A stretch of 64,000 nt of DNA from Eledone cirrhosa. Lineage: Eukaryota. Location of the stretch: positions 224,316,001 to 224,380,000 of the forward strand of contig OZ024742.1 of NCBI GenBank assembly GCA_964016885.1, given 5' to 3'. A model generated the notes under the pieces. That model did no database searches, had not been told where the DNA came from, and saw only the letters and a program-made list of their open reading frames with translations. Shown piece by piece: positions 32,967 through 45,394 of this stretch (position 1 is the stretch's first letter; every line of letters starts with the position of its first letter). The translations under genes were made by a program, and so were the position numbers.

Positions 32967-33344
32967 GCGCGCACACACATTCACACACACACACACACAC
33001 ACTCACACACACACACACACACACACGCACACACACACACACACTCACACACACACACACATACACATTCACACACACACACACTCACACACATATATGA
33101 AGATTGGTGATATGAGACCCTGAGAAGCGACTCAGATAATCTCAATTTTGAATAAATTTTCTTCTACTCTACTACCGTAGTGAGTATATCTATCGCTGCT
33201 TTACATTTCATCCTAGGGTGATCCCTTTGCTACCCCCTACCTATCTACTCATAACTTGAATAAACCTGCTTCCTCCAGCAATTTTTTTTTTCGTTTCTGC
33301 CACTGCTCATTCTTTTCTATCTTTCTATTTTTTTTTCAAATGTC

Positions 33345-33383
33345 ATTTTCTGATGAAGGATTACCGTCCGAAAGGTTAGGATT
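33345..33383 (+). ncRNA. Degenerate minimal hammerhead-ribozyme-like motif (HH-C), Penelope-like
   Basis: CTGATGA(33350)-A-GGA-TTACCG-TCC-GAAA-GGTTA. One change from GAAACGTTA, which would give a palindromic helix III; helix I is weak. Confidence 0.5.
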
Positions 33384-33487
33384 CTTATCCTACTATATCA
33401 AGAGTAAAACTAATATATTTCTTCATTGTACTGTGTCGTTTGCTTGATTATTTCTCTTTAATCTTTGCATATATATGCATATATATC

Positions 33488-33554
<67 letters not shown>

Positions 33555-33555
<1 letters not shown>

Positions 33556-35380
33556 GGCGCTTGTCGTGGGCAACCTGGTGGGAGATGCGCAGACATGCGC
33601 TATCCCGTCCAGGTCCATCCATGACAACCTCCACCTCATGCGATACATCATAGAGAGGGTTGGGAACGAACCCGGCTTTGGTGGGGCTCTGATCAACTTG
33701 GATCAATCTAAGGCGTTCGATAGGGTCGACCATGGTTACCTGGATGCGGTGCTAGCGGCGGCAGGCTTCGGACCCGTTTTCAGGGGCTGGATCACTGCTA
33801 TGCACAGCAGCCGCATCTGCTCTAGGGTCAAGGTGAACGGCTACCTCTCGGAGCCGTTCAAAATCGCGCGGTCCATCCGACAAGGGTGCCCTCTCTCCTC
33901 CCTTCTGTATGTGTTGACTCTCGAGCCACTACTGCGGAAGTTGGAGTTGTTGCAGGGCATCCCTTTGGAACCGGGATTGCGGAAAGCGGTGTCGGCCTAC
34001 GCCGATGACGTGACAGTAATGGTGTCGACGGCCTCCGAAATCGAGGCGGTCGGCACCTTACTGGAGGAGTACGAAAAGTTCACAGGGGCTAAGCTGAACC
34101 GTGACAAGTCGATCGGTTTGCAACTCGGCACGTGGAGGGGCAGACCGATGCCCTCCGATGGCGTCGTCGGACGCTGGACGGAGGGCCCTGTGAAGTTGCT
34201 CGGGGTCTGGTTCGGACCGGACCTCCAGGTGGAGAAAAACTGGGCGGAGGTTACGAACAGGGTGTTTGCACTGACCCAGAAGTGGGCCAGTTGCAAACTA
34301 TCCCTGAAAGGTCGGGCGGAGGTGGCGAACACCTACATAGCGTCCGTCATCTACTACCGCCTGACCGTAGTGCCCTGCCCAAGGGAAACCCTCACCAAGA
34401 TGGAGCGCGCGCTCTTCCAATTCCTTTGGAAGAGGCGGACTCCTATGGTGAGGAGATCCATCTGCTGTCAACACCCTTCGAAAGGAGGGCTGGGGATGCC
34501 GTGGCTTATGATGCGTAAACACGCATTAAGGCTACGGCACCTCTACGTATTCCTCACCGGACAACCGGTGTGGGCCTCGTTTGTGAGACGAACCTTTCCC
34601 AGACTCGTCTCACTCACCGAGCTGCAATCCTGGGTCAAGCAAAGACCGAGAAAACTGGGCGCCTGGCACACTGAGTGTGCCCAGGCGCTCACCGCCCTCT
34701 GGCAGGCGGATCCAGTTATCAGTGGAGACTCCACCGCAACATTCTATAGAGGGCTGGTACGCAGCAGGTGCGACGACGCCCTCGGAGAAGCCCTAGACAT
34801 GGAGGAGGACGAACTGGCCAGCCTGTTCGGTAGGACATTCAGCCCGGGACCTATGGACAACTTCCAGAAGTCCCTGGCCTGGCAGTGCTACCGAGGAGCT
34901 TTACCCGTTCGAGAAAGGCTCTACAGACACGGGCGCCCGGGTAGGGACCCCGCCAAAAAGATCTGTCCTAGATGCGTGTGCGACGAGGAAACCGTTGCAC
35001 ACGCATTGGTACACTGCTCGGGCGTAGCCGATCTGTGGGGCTATGTCGAACAACTGCTGTCAAGGGTGGGACCGATCCGGTTGACCACCGAGTCTATTGT
35101 AATGATCAATCCGCCTCCCCCCTTCAAAGATGAAGCAGAGGCGGTGTTTCTGTGCGTAATAGCCATGGCGAAAGAGGTTGTATCGTGGACGCGTCTGAAA
35201 GGACTGAGGTCAGGCACCTTTCTCTCTGGCCAACAACTGGTCCGTTTCTTCCGATATCATTTCGGAAGAAGGATCAGGATGGAGAGAGAGGTGCTGCACC
35301 CCAGTCGTTTTTATGAAAGGTGGGTGAAAGTGGCGAGAATGGCCCGTGTGAATGGGCCTTCTCTTTACATAAGCCTGTAG
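33555..35380 (+). CDS. Truncated ORF2 reverse transcriptase of the Tx1/L1-like LINE (no start codon, no endonuclease)
   Basis: Motifs QTCAIPSRSIHDNL, LDQSKAFDRVDH, RQGCPLS, YADD, KLLGV, KGGLG and CPRC...HALVHC. Reading frame open for ~608 codons. The N-terminal YLSI repeats in the ORF track are microsatellite. Confidence 0.9.
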
Positions 35381-35698
35381 GTGGAAAAGAGGAAGGAACG
35401 AGGGAGCACCCCCTCTCTGTGCTCCTGAGGAAAAGGGTTGCACACTTTTTTCGGGGGTGTGTGCGACCCCCCAAGGCGCCTCCTCTCTATTGAGGATTTT
35501 GTTATAAATTTTATTTTTTGTTATATTTTATAACAAAATCCTCTATTGAGGATTTTGTTATAATTCTAATTTTTTTTATATTTTATTTTATTTTTATATA
35601 TTGTTATTGCCTCCTCCCTATTGAGGACGCCTTGTTTTGTAAACTCCCCCCATTGTACTTGTCCCACTTTTGATGCCCTTGTGGCAAATAAAAGAAAC
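33555..35698 (+). mobile_element. Tx1/L1-clade LINE, 5'-truncated copy 1 (RT, C-terminal CCHC, 3' UTR)
   Basis: GC-rich insert flanked by (TCTA)n on both sides; AATAAA at 35687, followed by (ATCT)n. Confidence 0.92.
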
Positions 35699-35699
35699 A

Positions 35700-35739
<40 letters not shown>

Positions 35740-35770
35740 CTTTTATCTATCTAACTAGCTATCTATCTTG

Positions 35771-36276
35771 TCATGATCAAACCGCCACTCTCCTTCAAAA
35801 ACGAAGGAGAGGCGGTTTTCGTTTGTGTGATAGCTATGGTGAAAGAGGTTGTATGGTGGACTAGGTTGAAAGGGCTGAGGTCAGACACCTTTCACTCCGG
35901 CCAACAACTGATTCTTTTTTTCAAATACCACTTTGGAAGAAGAATCAGGATGGAGAGAGAGGTGCTGTACCCCAGCAAGTTTTATGAAAGGTGGGTGAAA
36001 GTGGCGAGAATGGCCCGAGTGAATGGGCCTTCTCTCAATATAAGCCTGTAGGTTGAGGAGAGGAAAGGGGTATAAACTCTTCATACTCCTGGAGATGAGG
36101 GTTGCACATTTTTTCGGGGGTATGTGTTACCCATATATAATGTCTCCCCCTATTGGGGAAAATCGATTAACTTTTAAATTGTATTTGTGATAGTATTTTA
36201 CACGTTTTTATTGTATGTAAACTTCCCCCTTTGTATTTCTCCCCTTCTTTTGTGCCCCTGTGGCTAATAAAGCAAC
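35771..36276 (+). mobile_element. Tx1/L1-clade LINE, short 5'-truncated copy 2 (diverged subfamily)
   Basis: Encodes the last ~92 aa homologous to copy 1 (...ERWVKVARMARVNGPSLNISL*). The 3' UTR is diverged; AATAAA at 36266, followed by ATATCTATCTATC. Confidence 0.9.
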
Positions 36277-36301
36277 ATATCTATCTATCAATCTATATAT
36301 G

Positions 36302-36400
<99 letters not shown>

Positions 36401-36502
36401 GCACACACACACACACATGCACACACACACACATATATATATATATATCTTGCTTTCGTACGTTGTCTTAATTTTCCTAAGTTTGTCTTATATATATATA
36501 TA

Positions 36503-36993
36503 TATATATACGATATTAAACAAATGGAAACTATATTTATAAAACCATATTTATTTCATTATACATATTTCGGGGATACCATATTAAAAATATGGCATGC
36601 CTTCTTCAGATAAAATACAATATATAAACATTTTATAAATAATTTTGACGTACCATAAATATTGACCAACCGTTATGTAAAAAGCTGGTTTGGTAGTGAG
36701 ATGTTTACAAATATTTAGTGTTAAGCACAGTTAAAAAGAAAGACAGAGTAAAAGAAGAAATGTATGTAAAGAAAAACAGAGAGAAATAGAAAGAGATAGG
36801 GGAGAGAGAAATAGTGAGGAGGAGAAAAAAGAGAGGCAGCTGAGGCAACAGATGAATAATAATAATTCATCATACAAATTGAGAGATTTAGGAGGGAGGG
36901 TGTACTGTAATTATTTAGTTATAGTGTATAATATGTATAATGAAATAAATATGGTTTTATAAATATAGTTTCCATTTGTTTAATATCGTATAT
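36503..36993. mobile_element. Fold-back element F (Penelope-like derivative)
   Basis: ~65-bp inverted arms at 36503-36569 and 36930-36993; hammerhead-like motif inside the left arm. Confidence 0.65.
36557..36614 (-). ncRNA. Hammerhead-like motif HH-F
   Basis: Minus strand: TTAT-CTGAAGA-A-GG(C)ATGCCATATT-TTT-AATATGGTAT(CC)CC-GAAA-TATGT-ATAA. Helix II is strong; the helix III/cleavage register is non-canonical. Confidence 0.55.
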
Positions 36994-37074
36994 CTACTCC
37001 AAAACTTGTCGAGTGCTTTATATCAGTTATAACATATTTACTTGTTGTAACCCAACAATTTTATATAAAACTTT

Positions 37075-37108
<34 letters not shown>

Positions 37109-37245
37109 CGTAGAGCACGGAGCGTCTGTGCATAAACACACATGCACCGTGTCGTATTTTGACAGTATTTAATAAGCTCCATATACGAGAACAGAGCCGT
37201 TATATGTAAAAGAAATCAAAGAACGCTTACATACTCAAACAGTTT

Positions 37246-37303
37246 TTATTTGCTGACAATGTTTCATCCACACCGTTGGGCAGGAATCATCAGAGCTTAA
37301 TAA
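37246..37303 (-). ncRNA. Minimal type-I hammerhead-like motif HH-A'
   Basis: Minus strand: TTATTAAGCT-CTGATGA-TTCCTGCC-CAAC-GGTGTGGAT-GAAAC-ATT-GTC-AGC-A-AATAA. Confidence 0.7.
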
Positions 37304-37654
37304 ACAAAACGCAGTGCTGAGTATAAGCTCTACCAAGCTTAGTCACACAAACAATTGGAATACAATAGTGGGTAAAAATAGGGAGATCGGAGAAGGCGAA
37401 CAAGGAGAGAGTACATGTTGGGGTTGTTATTAAGCACTACAGCTAAATGCTAGGGTACAGGCAGATTTTTTCACAAGATGCAGATGCAAGTGATGGCACA
37501 CAAAAGCAAAAAGTATAAACAATGGTTAAAACATATAATAAAAAAGTAAAAGGAAGATAATATAAAGAGATAAAAAATAAATAAAAAAGATAAAAAAAAT
37601 TTTAAAAAGGAAAAATAGGAAAAATAGGGAGAAAGAAAAAAAGAAAACGACAAA

Positions 37655-38015
37655 AAGAAAAAAAAAGAAAAAAGAAAAAAGAAAAAAGAAAAAAGAAAAA
37701 AGAAAAAAGAAAAAAGAAAAAAGAAAAAAGAAAAAAGAAAAAAGAAAAAAGAAAAAAGAAAAAAGAAAAAAGAAAAAAGAAAAAAGAAAAAAGAAAAAAG
37801 AAAAAAGAAAAAAGAAAAAAGAAAAAAGAAAAAAGAAAAAAGAAAAAAGAAAAAAAGAAAAAAAAAAGAAAAAAGAAAAAAGAAAAAAGAAAAAAGAAAA
37901 AAGAAAAAAGAAAAAAGGAGAAAGAAAAAAGAAAAAAGAAAAAAGAAAAAAGAAAAAAGAAAAAAGAAAAAAGAAAAAAGAAAAAAAAAAAAAAGAAAAT
38001 AAGAAAAAAGAAAAA
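37655..38015. repeat. (GAAAAAA)n heptamer array
   Basis: Direct reading; unexpanded in the mirror arm (~38590-38650). Confidence 0.9.
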
Positions 38016-38950
38016 GTTTTAAGCACATAAAAAGCCAGAGGAACCACATAAAAACAAGCTTTACACAAGCAAAGCGGGGTTATTACAAGATAGAGCTGAA
38101 GCAAAAGCCCAACAATAATGGTTTAGTTACTGTAAAAACACAGATCTGGCAAAGAGTTACTACATATGCATATTTACCGTAGAGGTTAAACCAATCGGTT
38201 ACATATGCCCTGATTGTCTAGGGTTTATAGAGATATTGGATTGTCAGTAGATAACAAATCAGTCTAAATTATACAACATGTGGTACCTGTCTATATACTT
38301 GTTGTACTCAGCTCTATCTTGTAATTACCCCGCTTTGCTTGTGTATGGCTTGTATTTATGTGGTACCTGTCTATATACTTGTTGAACACCCATGGGCCAC
38401 GTAATTCAATTACCTACTAGTATACCTTGTTTATGTATACTATGGCGAGGATTAAAATTACTCTGGGCTTTCTGGAGGTACCTTAAGAACTTCTTAGTAC
38501 TTATATAACTATAAATTACGGAGATCTTATTCACTTGTTATATATAGGGACCAGCGCTTAACTTCCTCTGGCTTTTTATGTGATTAAAACTTTTTCTTTT
38601 TTCTTATTTTCTTTTTTTCTTTTTTCCTATTTTTCCTATTTTTCCTTTTTAAAATTTGTTTATCTTTTTTATTTATTTTTTATCTTTTTATATTATCTTT
38701 CTTTTACTTTTTTATTATATGTTTTAACCATTGATTATACTTTTTGCGTTTGTGTGCCATCACTTGTATCTGCATCTTGTGAAAAAATCTGCCTGTACCC
38801 TAGCATTTAGCTGTAGAGCTTAATAACAACCCCAACATGTACTCTCTCCTTGTTCGCCTTCTCCGATCTCCCTATTTTTACCCTCTATTGTATTCCAATT
38901 GTTTGTGTGACTAAGCTTGGTAGAGCTTATACTCAGCACTGCGTTTTTGT

Positions 38951-39008
38951 TTATTAAGCTCTGATGATTCCTGCCCAGCGGTATGGATGAAACATTGTCA
39001 GCAAATAA
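38951..39008 (+). ncRNA. Minimal type-I hammerhead-like motif HH-A
   Basis: GCT-CTGATGA(38961)-TTCCTGCC-CAGC-GGTATGGAT-GAAAC(38989)-ATT-GTC(38997-99)-AGC. Helix I is GCT/AGC plus TTATT/AATAA. Confidence 0.7.
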
Positions 39009-39082
39009 AAACTGTTTGAGTATGTAAGCGTTCTTTGATTTCTTTTACATATATATATATTCATATATTATATATATATATA

Positions 39083-39270
<188 letters not shown>

Positions 39271-39342
39271 TATATATATATATAATATATGAATATATAT
39301 ATGTAAAAGAAATCAAAGAACGCTTACATACTCAAACAGTTT

Positions 39343-39762
39343 TTATTCACATTGCTCACAATTGTTTCTTTGATCTGGTAGGTCTAGAGTTCGCTACTCG
39401 CTTGATGTTGCGACAATCGATCTCCAATACTTTGTTTATAACCAGTCGTTTTCATCAGAGCACGCGAGTACTCTAACTGGAGTACTACTTCTTCTACAGA
39501 AAATCTCTATATTGATGGATATGTGAACCTTATAGGAAAGAATTTAAAGATATTGGTTTTAAGAAAACACCTAACAAATAATGTTAAGAGGAAACTATGA
39601 AAATATCAAAAGAAAAAAAAAATGTTTTAACACAGTTTAAATCTGTAAGTGGGTAGATGTTAAATCTAGCTGAGTATTGGAGATCGATTGACGCAACATC
39701 AAGCGAGTAGCGAACTCTAGACCTACCAGATCAAAGAAACAATTGTCAGCAATGTGAATAAA
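39343..39762. mobile_element. Fold-back element E
   Basis: ~89-bp inverted arms at 39343-39431 and 39674-39762. Confidence 0.8.
39353..39462 (-). ncRNA. Hammerhead-like motif HH-E with extended helix II
   Basis: Minus strand: TGCT-CTGATGA-[83 nt]-GAAAC-AATT-GTG-AGCA. The mirror arm has GAAACAATTGTC-AGCA at 39736-39751. Confidence 0.5.
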
Positions 39763-39800
39763 GCCCTTATTGTATAGCAAACCATGTCACACGTCTTTCT

Positions 39801-39874
<74 letters not shown>

Positions 39875-40052
39875 ATATATATATATATATATATATATTG
39901 TTATACTTTGGGAGGCTCATGTTGCCAATAAGAAACCCACGCACCAGTAGCTTTCACTTCAATTTATTATAATAAATTTATAAATTTAGGAATTTATAAA
40001 TTTCTGGTTGGTTGGTTGGTTGGTTCCACAACGAGATGGTTGTTTATATATT

Positions 40053-40095
40053 GTCAAAGTTCTTTCGTCACACATTCTGTGACCTCTTCAGTGAC
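40053..40095 (-). ncRNA. Hammerhead-like motif HH-B'
   Basis: Exact mirror of HH-B. Confidence 0.65.
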
Positions 40096-40219
40096 TGGGG
40101 GTTCTTTTCTTTGTTTTTTTTTTGTGCCTCTCCTTTGTTCTGTCCTACGCCATCTTGTTTTTGGCGTAGGTCAGAACAAAGGAGAGGCACAAAAAAAAAA
40201 ACAAAGAAAAGAATCCCCA

Positions 40220-40262
40220 GTCACTGAAGAGGTCACAGAATGTGTGACGAAAGAACTTTGAC
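40220..40262 (+). ncRNA. Hammerhead-like motif HH-B
   Basis: GTCA-CTGAAGA-G-GTCACA-GAATG-TGTGAC-GAAA-GAACTT-TGAC. Helix I is GTCA/TGAC, helix II is 6 bp, helix III is minimal. Confidence 0.65.
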
Positions 40263-40530
40263 AATATATAAACAACCATCTGGTTGTGGAACCAACCAAC
40301 CAACCATAAATTTATAAATTCCTAAATTTATAAATTTATTATAATAAATGGAAGTGAAAGCAACTGGTGCGTGTGTTTCTTATTGGCAACATGAGCCTCC
40401 CAAACTATAACAATATCGGTTTCAACACACGTTTTCACATAAAGAATCTTGCTAAACAAATTCAGAAACGAAATATATATATATATATAATCATGCCTAT
40501 AATGATAACCTGTTATCCCGTATATATATA

Positions 40531-40643
<113 letters not shown>

Positions 40644-41129
40644 TATATGAATCCTAGAGCGGTCAAATTAACGGTAACAACAGACGATCGGTACAAAATA
40701 GCTTAGGAAATCGGGTAAAGTACCCCTATAGATGGAAAAGAAATGACCATTGAGCTAAGGGATCTTTTTTTTTATTCGTCTATAGGTTTATTTTACTCGA
40801 TTTTCTAGGCTTTTATTTAACGACTATTGCTGCAGATATTTTCTGTTTTGGATTCCTACATTTTTTTAAAATTTCAAATTTCCAAGTGCATCGATAGTTT
40901 GTATAAAATGTTATATAATATATATATATATATAATATATATATACATATATATATATATACGTACATATAACCCCCCCCCCCCATCATATATATATATG
41001 TATGTGTGTGTAGATATATGTATGTACGTTTATATATCTATATCGATCTATCTCTCTCTCTTTATACATAATGTCTGTATGTGTGTATGTGGACGGTGAG
41101 AGAGAAAGAGTGCGAGAGAGAGAGAGAGA

Positions 41130-41180
<51 letters not shown>

Positions 41181-41593
41181 CTATAAAAAGACATGGCAGG
41201 GAATAGAATAATATCAATCAACTTCAATTCATTGAATATGAAAGTAAAATCAATATTTATTTTCGTTAAATTATATTTAAACTGCTTCTGCTTAAAAATA
41301 AAAAAATGAAATCCTTTCTAAATATATCTATAACAGTAAATTATAGAGATATATTTCCCTTCAATCACCTTTATATTGGTGCACCTCCTTCGCTATCCCC
41401 AGGGGTAGCACATTCAGAATTCTGTCCACTGGGACAGAAGCCACATCCATCTGATGTTTTACAAAGAGCATGAAAGTATACTGTTGGTCTGACTCTTTCA
41501 GTATATCTCACTTGCTACCCTGCGGAGTAATACAGCCGCAATTCTGACCACTGTCTACACCCATCTCATATTTTACGACGGACATGGAATGAA

Positions 41594-41889
41594 ATGGAGG
41601 CGCTTGGCCTAGTAGTAAGGGTGATGGACTTACGATCATAAAATCGTGGGTTCGATTCCTGGGCTCGGCTGCGTTTTGTGTTCTTAAGCAAACACTTCAT
41701 TTCACGTTGCTCCAGTATACTCAGCTGAAAATGTCTACCAGCAATAGCTGGGGGTTTAACCCGGCGATGGACTGGTCTCCTGCCCAAGTTGGAGTCTTGT
41801 ACTCGCAGTCGCTTCACGTCATGAAACTGGGATAAGCACCGACCTAACAAGCCTCTCTGGCTTAAGACAGACTTTAGACTTAGACTTTA
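41594..41889 (+). mobile_element. Full-length tRNA-derived SINE (family 2) with TSD
   Basis: A box TGGCCTAGTAG, B box GGTTCGATTCC, CORE-like TGTGTTCTTAAGCAAACACTT, (AGACTT[T])n tail. 12-bp direct repeat GACATGGAATGA at 41581 and 41890. Confidence 0.88.
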
Positions 41890-42145
41890 GACATGGAATG
41901 ATAGTGTTATCATTTAATGGCATCTTCTACTTCTCTACTTATGTTAGCTTTTATTCTACTTACGGAGATAAGTTACCGTAAGCCATTTTTCAACATGACC
42001 GTTACTAGTTATATTTGGTCGTTACGTATAAGATTATTTCTATTTATGCTTAATAGCCAGTGAATTGACAGAAGTTTTGGAGCAGCAGATATGGAGGTAT
42101 TTAGTTATGGCTATGTAGTGTCAACTTTCTCTTTCTTCTACCCAG

Positions 42146-42430
42146 CGTTCTTCTTCTTGTCTCCCAAAAAGTGTCAGTAACAAAGTTTAGTTAGATGTGG
42201 TTCCGCCACAGCTGAATATATTGCTGTCCTTTCTCATTAAACTCTGTCACGTCTAATGCCGTGTAGGGGTGTTCCAGCAAGCGGCATATCAGGAGGTGCT
42301 GCGTAGTCTGTGGTTCGATGCCGCAGTCACACACAACGTCCCCATCCTTTAAATATCCCCATTTTCCAAGAATGACATTTGCACACCCAACACCAGATTT
42401 TAGTCTGTTTAGGCATTTCCACACTACATA
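42146..42430 (-). mobile_element. 3' fragment of an I-group (Ingi/Vingi-like) LINE
   Basis: WKCLNRLKSGVG...KWG...CDCG...QTTQHLLIC (CCHC knuckle), a stop codon, a short UTR and a (GAA)n tail. Confidence 0.75.
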
Positions 42431-43619
42431 GTTTTTATCTGCTCCAGGGTTAATATCATACAATTTCCTTGAATTGTTGTGCCTTGCTCATAAATCAAAA
42501 TCACACGCACTAGTTGTTTTATCACTTCATAGTATATTAATATATTAATATATTAGATAATAATTTCTTTAACCATTTAGCCCTTGGATGCCTTTAACAT
42601 AGTATCCTGAATTCGGATCAATTATTTCGATCTCGGTGTCCACAGCTCAATGAAAATAGGCGCAAAAAACCTTATCAGAGCAAACTCTTAAACGATAAAT
42701 GTCATGGAGCAATGATAATCAGCAAAACTATGACCATGGATCTCATTGTCAGGCTGTCCCAAGGATAACTGAAATCTCTGGTCTCTACAGAGAGAAGTGA
42801 AGTCAAAACTAGCTATACCAGCACTCCTGGTGGGTGTGAGCGTCAAAGTCTGGAAACGTTGACGGTTCACTAGCGTACTGGTTAACGCACTCACTCGGCA
42901 CCAGAGAGATGCGGTGTTCGTTTCCTGGCATGTCCCTCTGACCCCCTTTACCATCTCCGTGGTTACTTTGCCCGATTTTCTCAACCAATATTTATAGTGA
43001 TCGACTATTATGATTGCTTTTTGCATTGGGACGTACACATTTCAAATTTTATGATTTCCCGATGATTCATAAGTCAACCAATTTGTTTATATATATCTAT
43101 GTATGTATGCTTAAATGTTGTTCTTTTAATCACGTTTGTTATTTTACTGTCGTTTAAACAGAGGTCAGTTCTGATCAAGTAGACTTATGATCAAAGTCTT
43201 TCCGGCCGTGACCACCCACATATACCATTCATAATATATTATCTGTCTGTCTCTCTACCAGTCTGTCACTCTATCTGTCTATCTATCTATCTTCCGGTTT
43301 ATCTCTCTGTCACTCTGTCTGTTCGTCTCACCTCCCGCTCTCTATCTCTTTCAGTTTCCTTGACTCCCTCTCACTATATCTCTCTATATATACCTTTTAC
43401 ATTTCTCACCCTACTACTCCTTCTCCCCTCCCTTCGTGACTTAGTATCCTCATTAGTTTCACTTTAACGTTGACTCTCACCGCCGCAACCCCCACCTACA
43501 TATTTTACATCACTATAACACAACACTCTTCATCATATCTTCTCTTTCATCTTACTTCTCTACATTTCTTACACTCTCTAATTTTCCCCCGCTTTCATTT
43601 TCCTTTTTTCTCATTTTTA

Positions 43620-44720
<1,101 letters not shown>

Positions 44721-45055
44721 TCATTCACACATACATATTACTTAAGGACTTATAAAGAATCATTAAACTTGATAATACTATATATGTATATATTTAAACT
44801 GTTTTTCTTTTATTGCTACTAACCTGCCTGTAACCGCCCATGGTTTTACCATACTAAGCTAGTTATTTTCATATGTTAATAGTTATTTGAAAATATTTCA
44901 TTATTTATTGTGTTAAGTTCCAAACAGAAGCTTAATAATAAGAATGCTAATTATTTTAATAAATCCCTTAAAATTCTTGATTATTTTCAAAATTAATTGG
45001 CAGTGTTTTTCATTAGAAATATGGTAATGGAAATGCTAAAACAGATTCTTTAGAA

Positions 45056-45309
45056 CAGGTTTTCAAAGTTTATATTAAATATCAAATGATACATATTATA
45101 TATAAATATGGTAAATAAAAAAATATACAATATTTATTTATACATAGTATATATTATATTATTTATTATATATAAATTAACGATTTAATTTATTATATAT
45201 TATTTACAATTTGCGTGTAGACAGATCTCTCTGGAAATAGGGGTGGGGGCGCCGAGGGTTTTACATGGCCGTGAAGGGGGGGGGGGGGTCAAAAGTTTGA
45301 GAACCTCTG
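45056..45309 (-). mobile_element. hAT-family MITE
   Basis: Perfect 8-bp TSD CTTTAGAA (45048-55, 45310-17); ends CAGGTTTTCAAAG / TTTGAGAACCTCTG; homologous to 47604-48706 in the opposite orientation. Confidence 0.88.
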
Positions 45310-45394
45310 CTTTAGAATGTCACGAAGAATGTTTTAAAGAACTGCCAAACTTTCTGTTAAACCCTGTTGTGAATCCTTTAGGTTCTTATGAATC

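Larger units (their letters stand above)
37201..39054. mobile_element. Fold-back element A: long inverted repeat with a hammerhead motif in each arm
   Basis: 37201-38043 is the reverse complement of 38563-39054, apart from the A-rich expansion. Inner pair at 38044-38099/38308-38363. Confidence 0.85.
39895..40416. mobile_element. Fold-back element B: near-perfect palindrome with ~257-bp arms and a 9-nt loop
   Basis: 39895-40152 is the reverse complement of 40162-40416; loop TCTTGTTTT at 40153-40161. Confidence 0.9.

Noticed and set aside
33440-33554. N-terminal extension of the 646-aa RT ORF
   Set aside because: It is flanking (TCTA)n read in frame by chance; the LINE is 5'-truncated.
41594-41670. 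tRNA gene
   Set aside because: A and B boxes are present but continue into a SINE body with a tail and TSD, and there is no intact cloverleaf.
42688-43038. 116-aa non-repetitive ORF on the minus strand
   Set aside because: No recognisable motif or splice context; a homology search would be needed.
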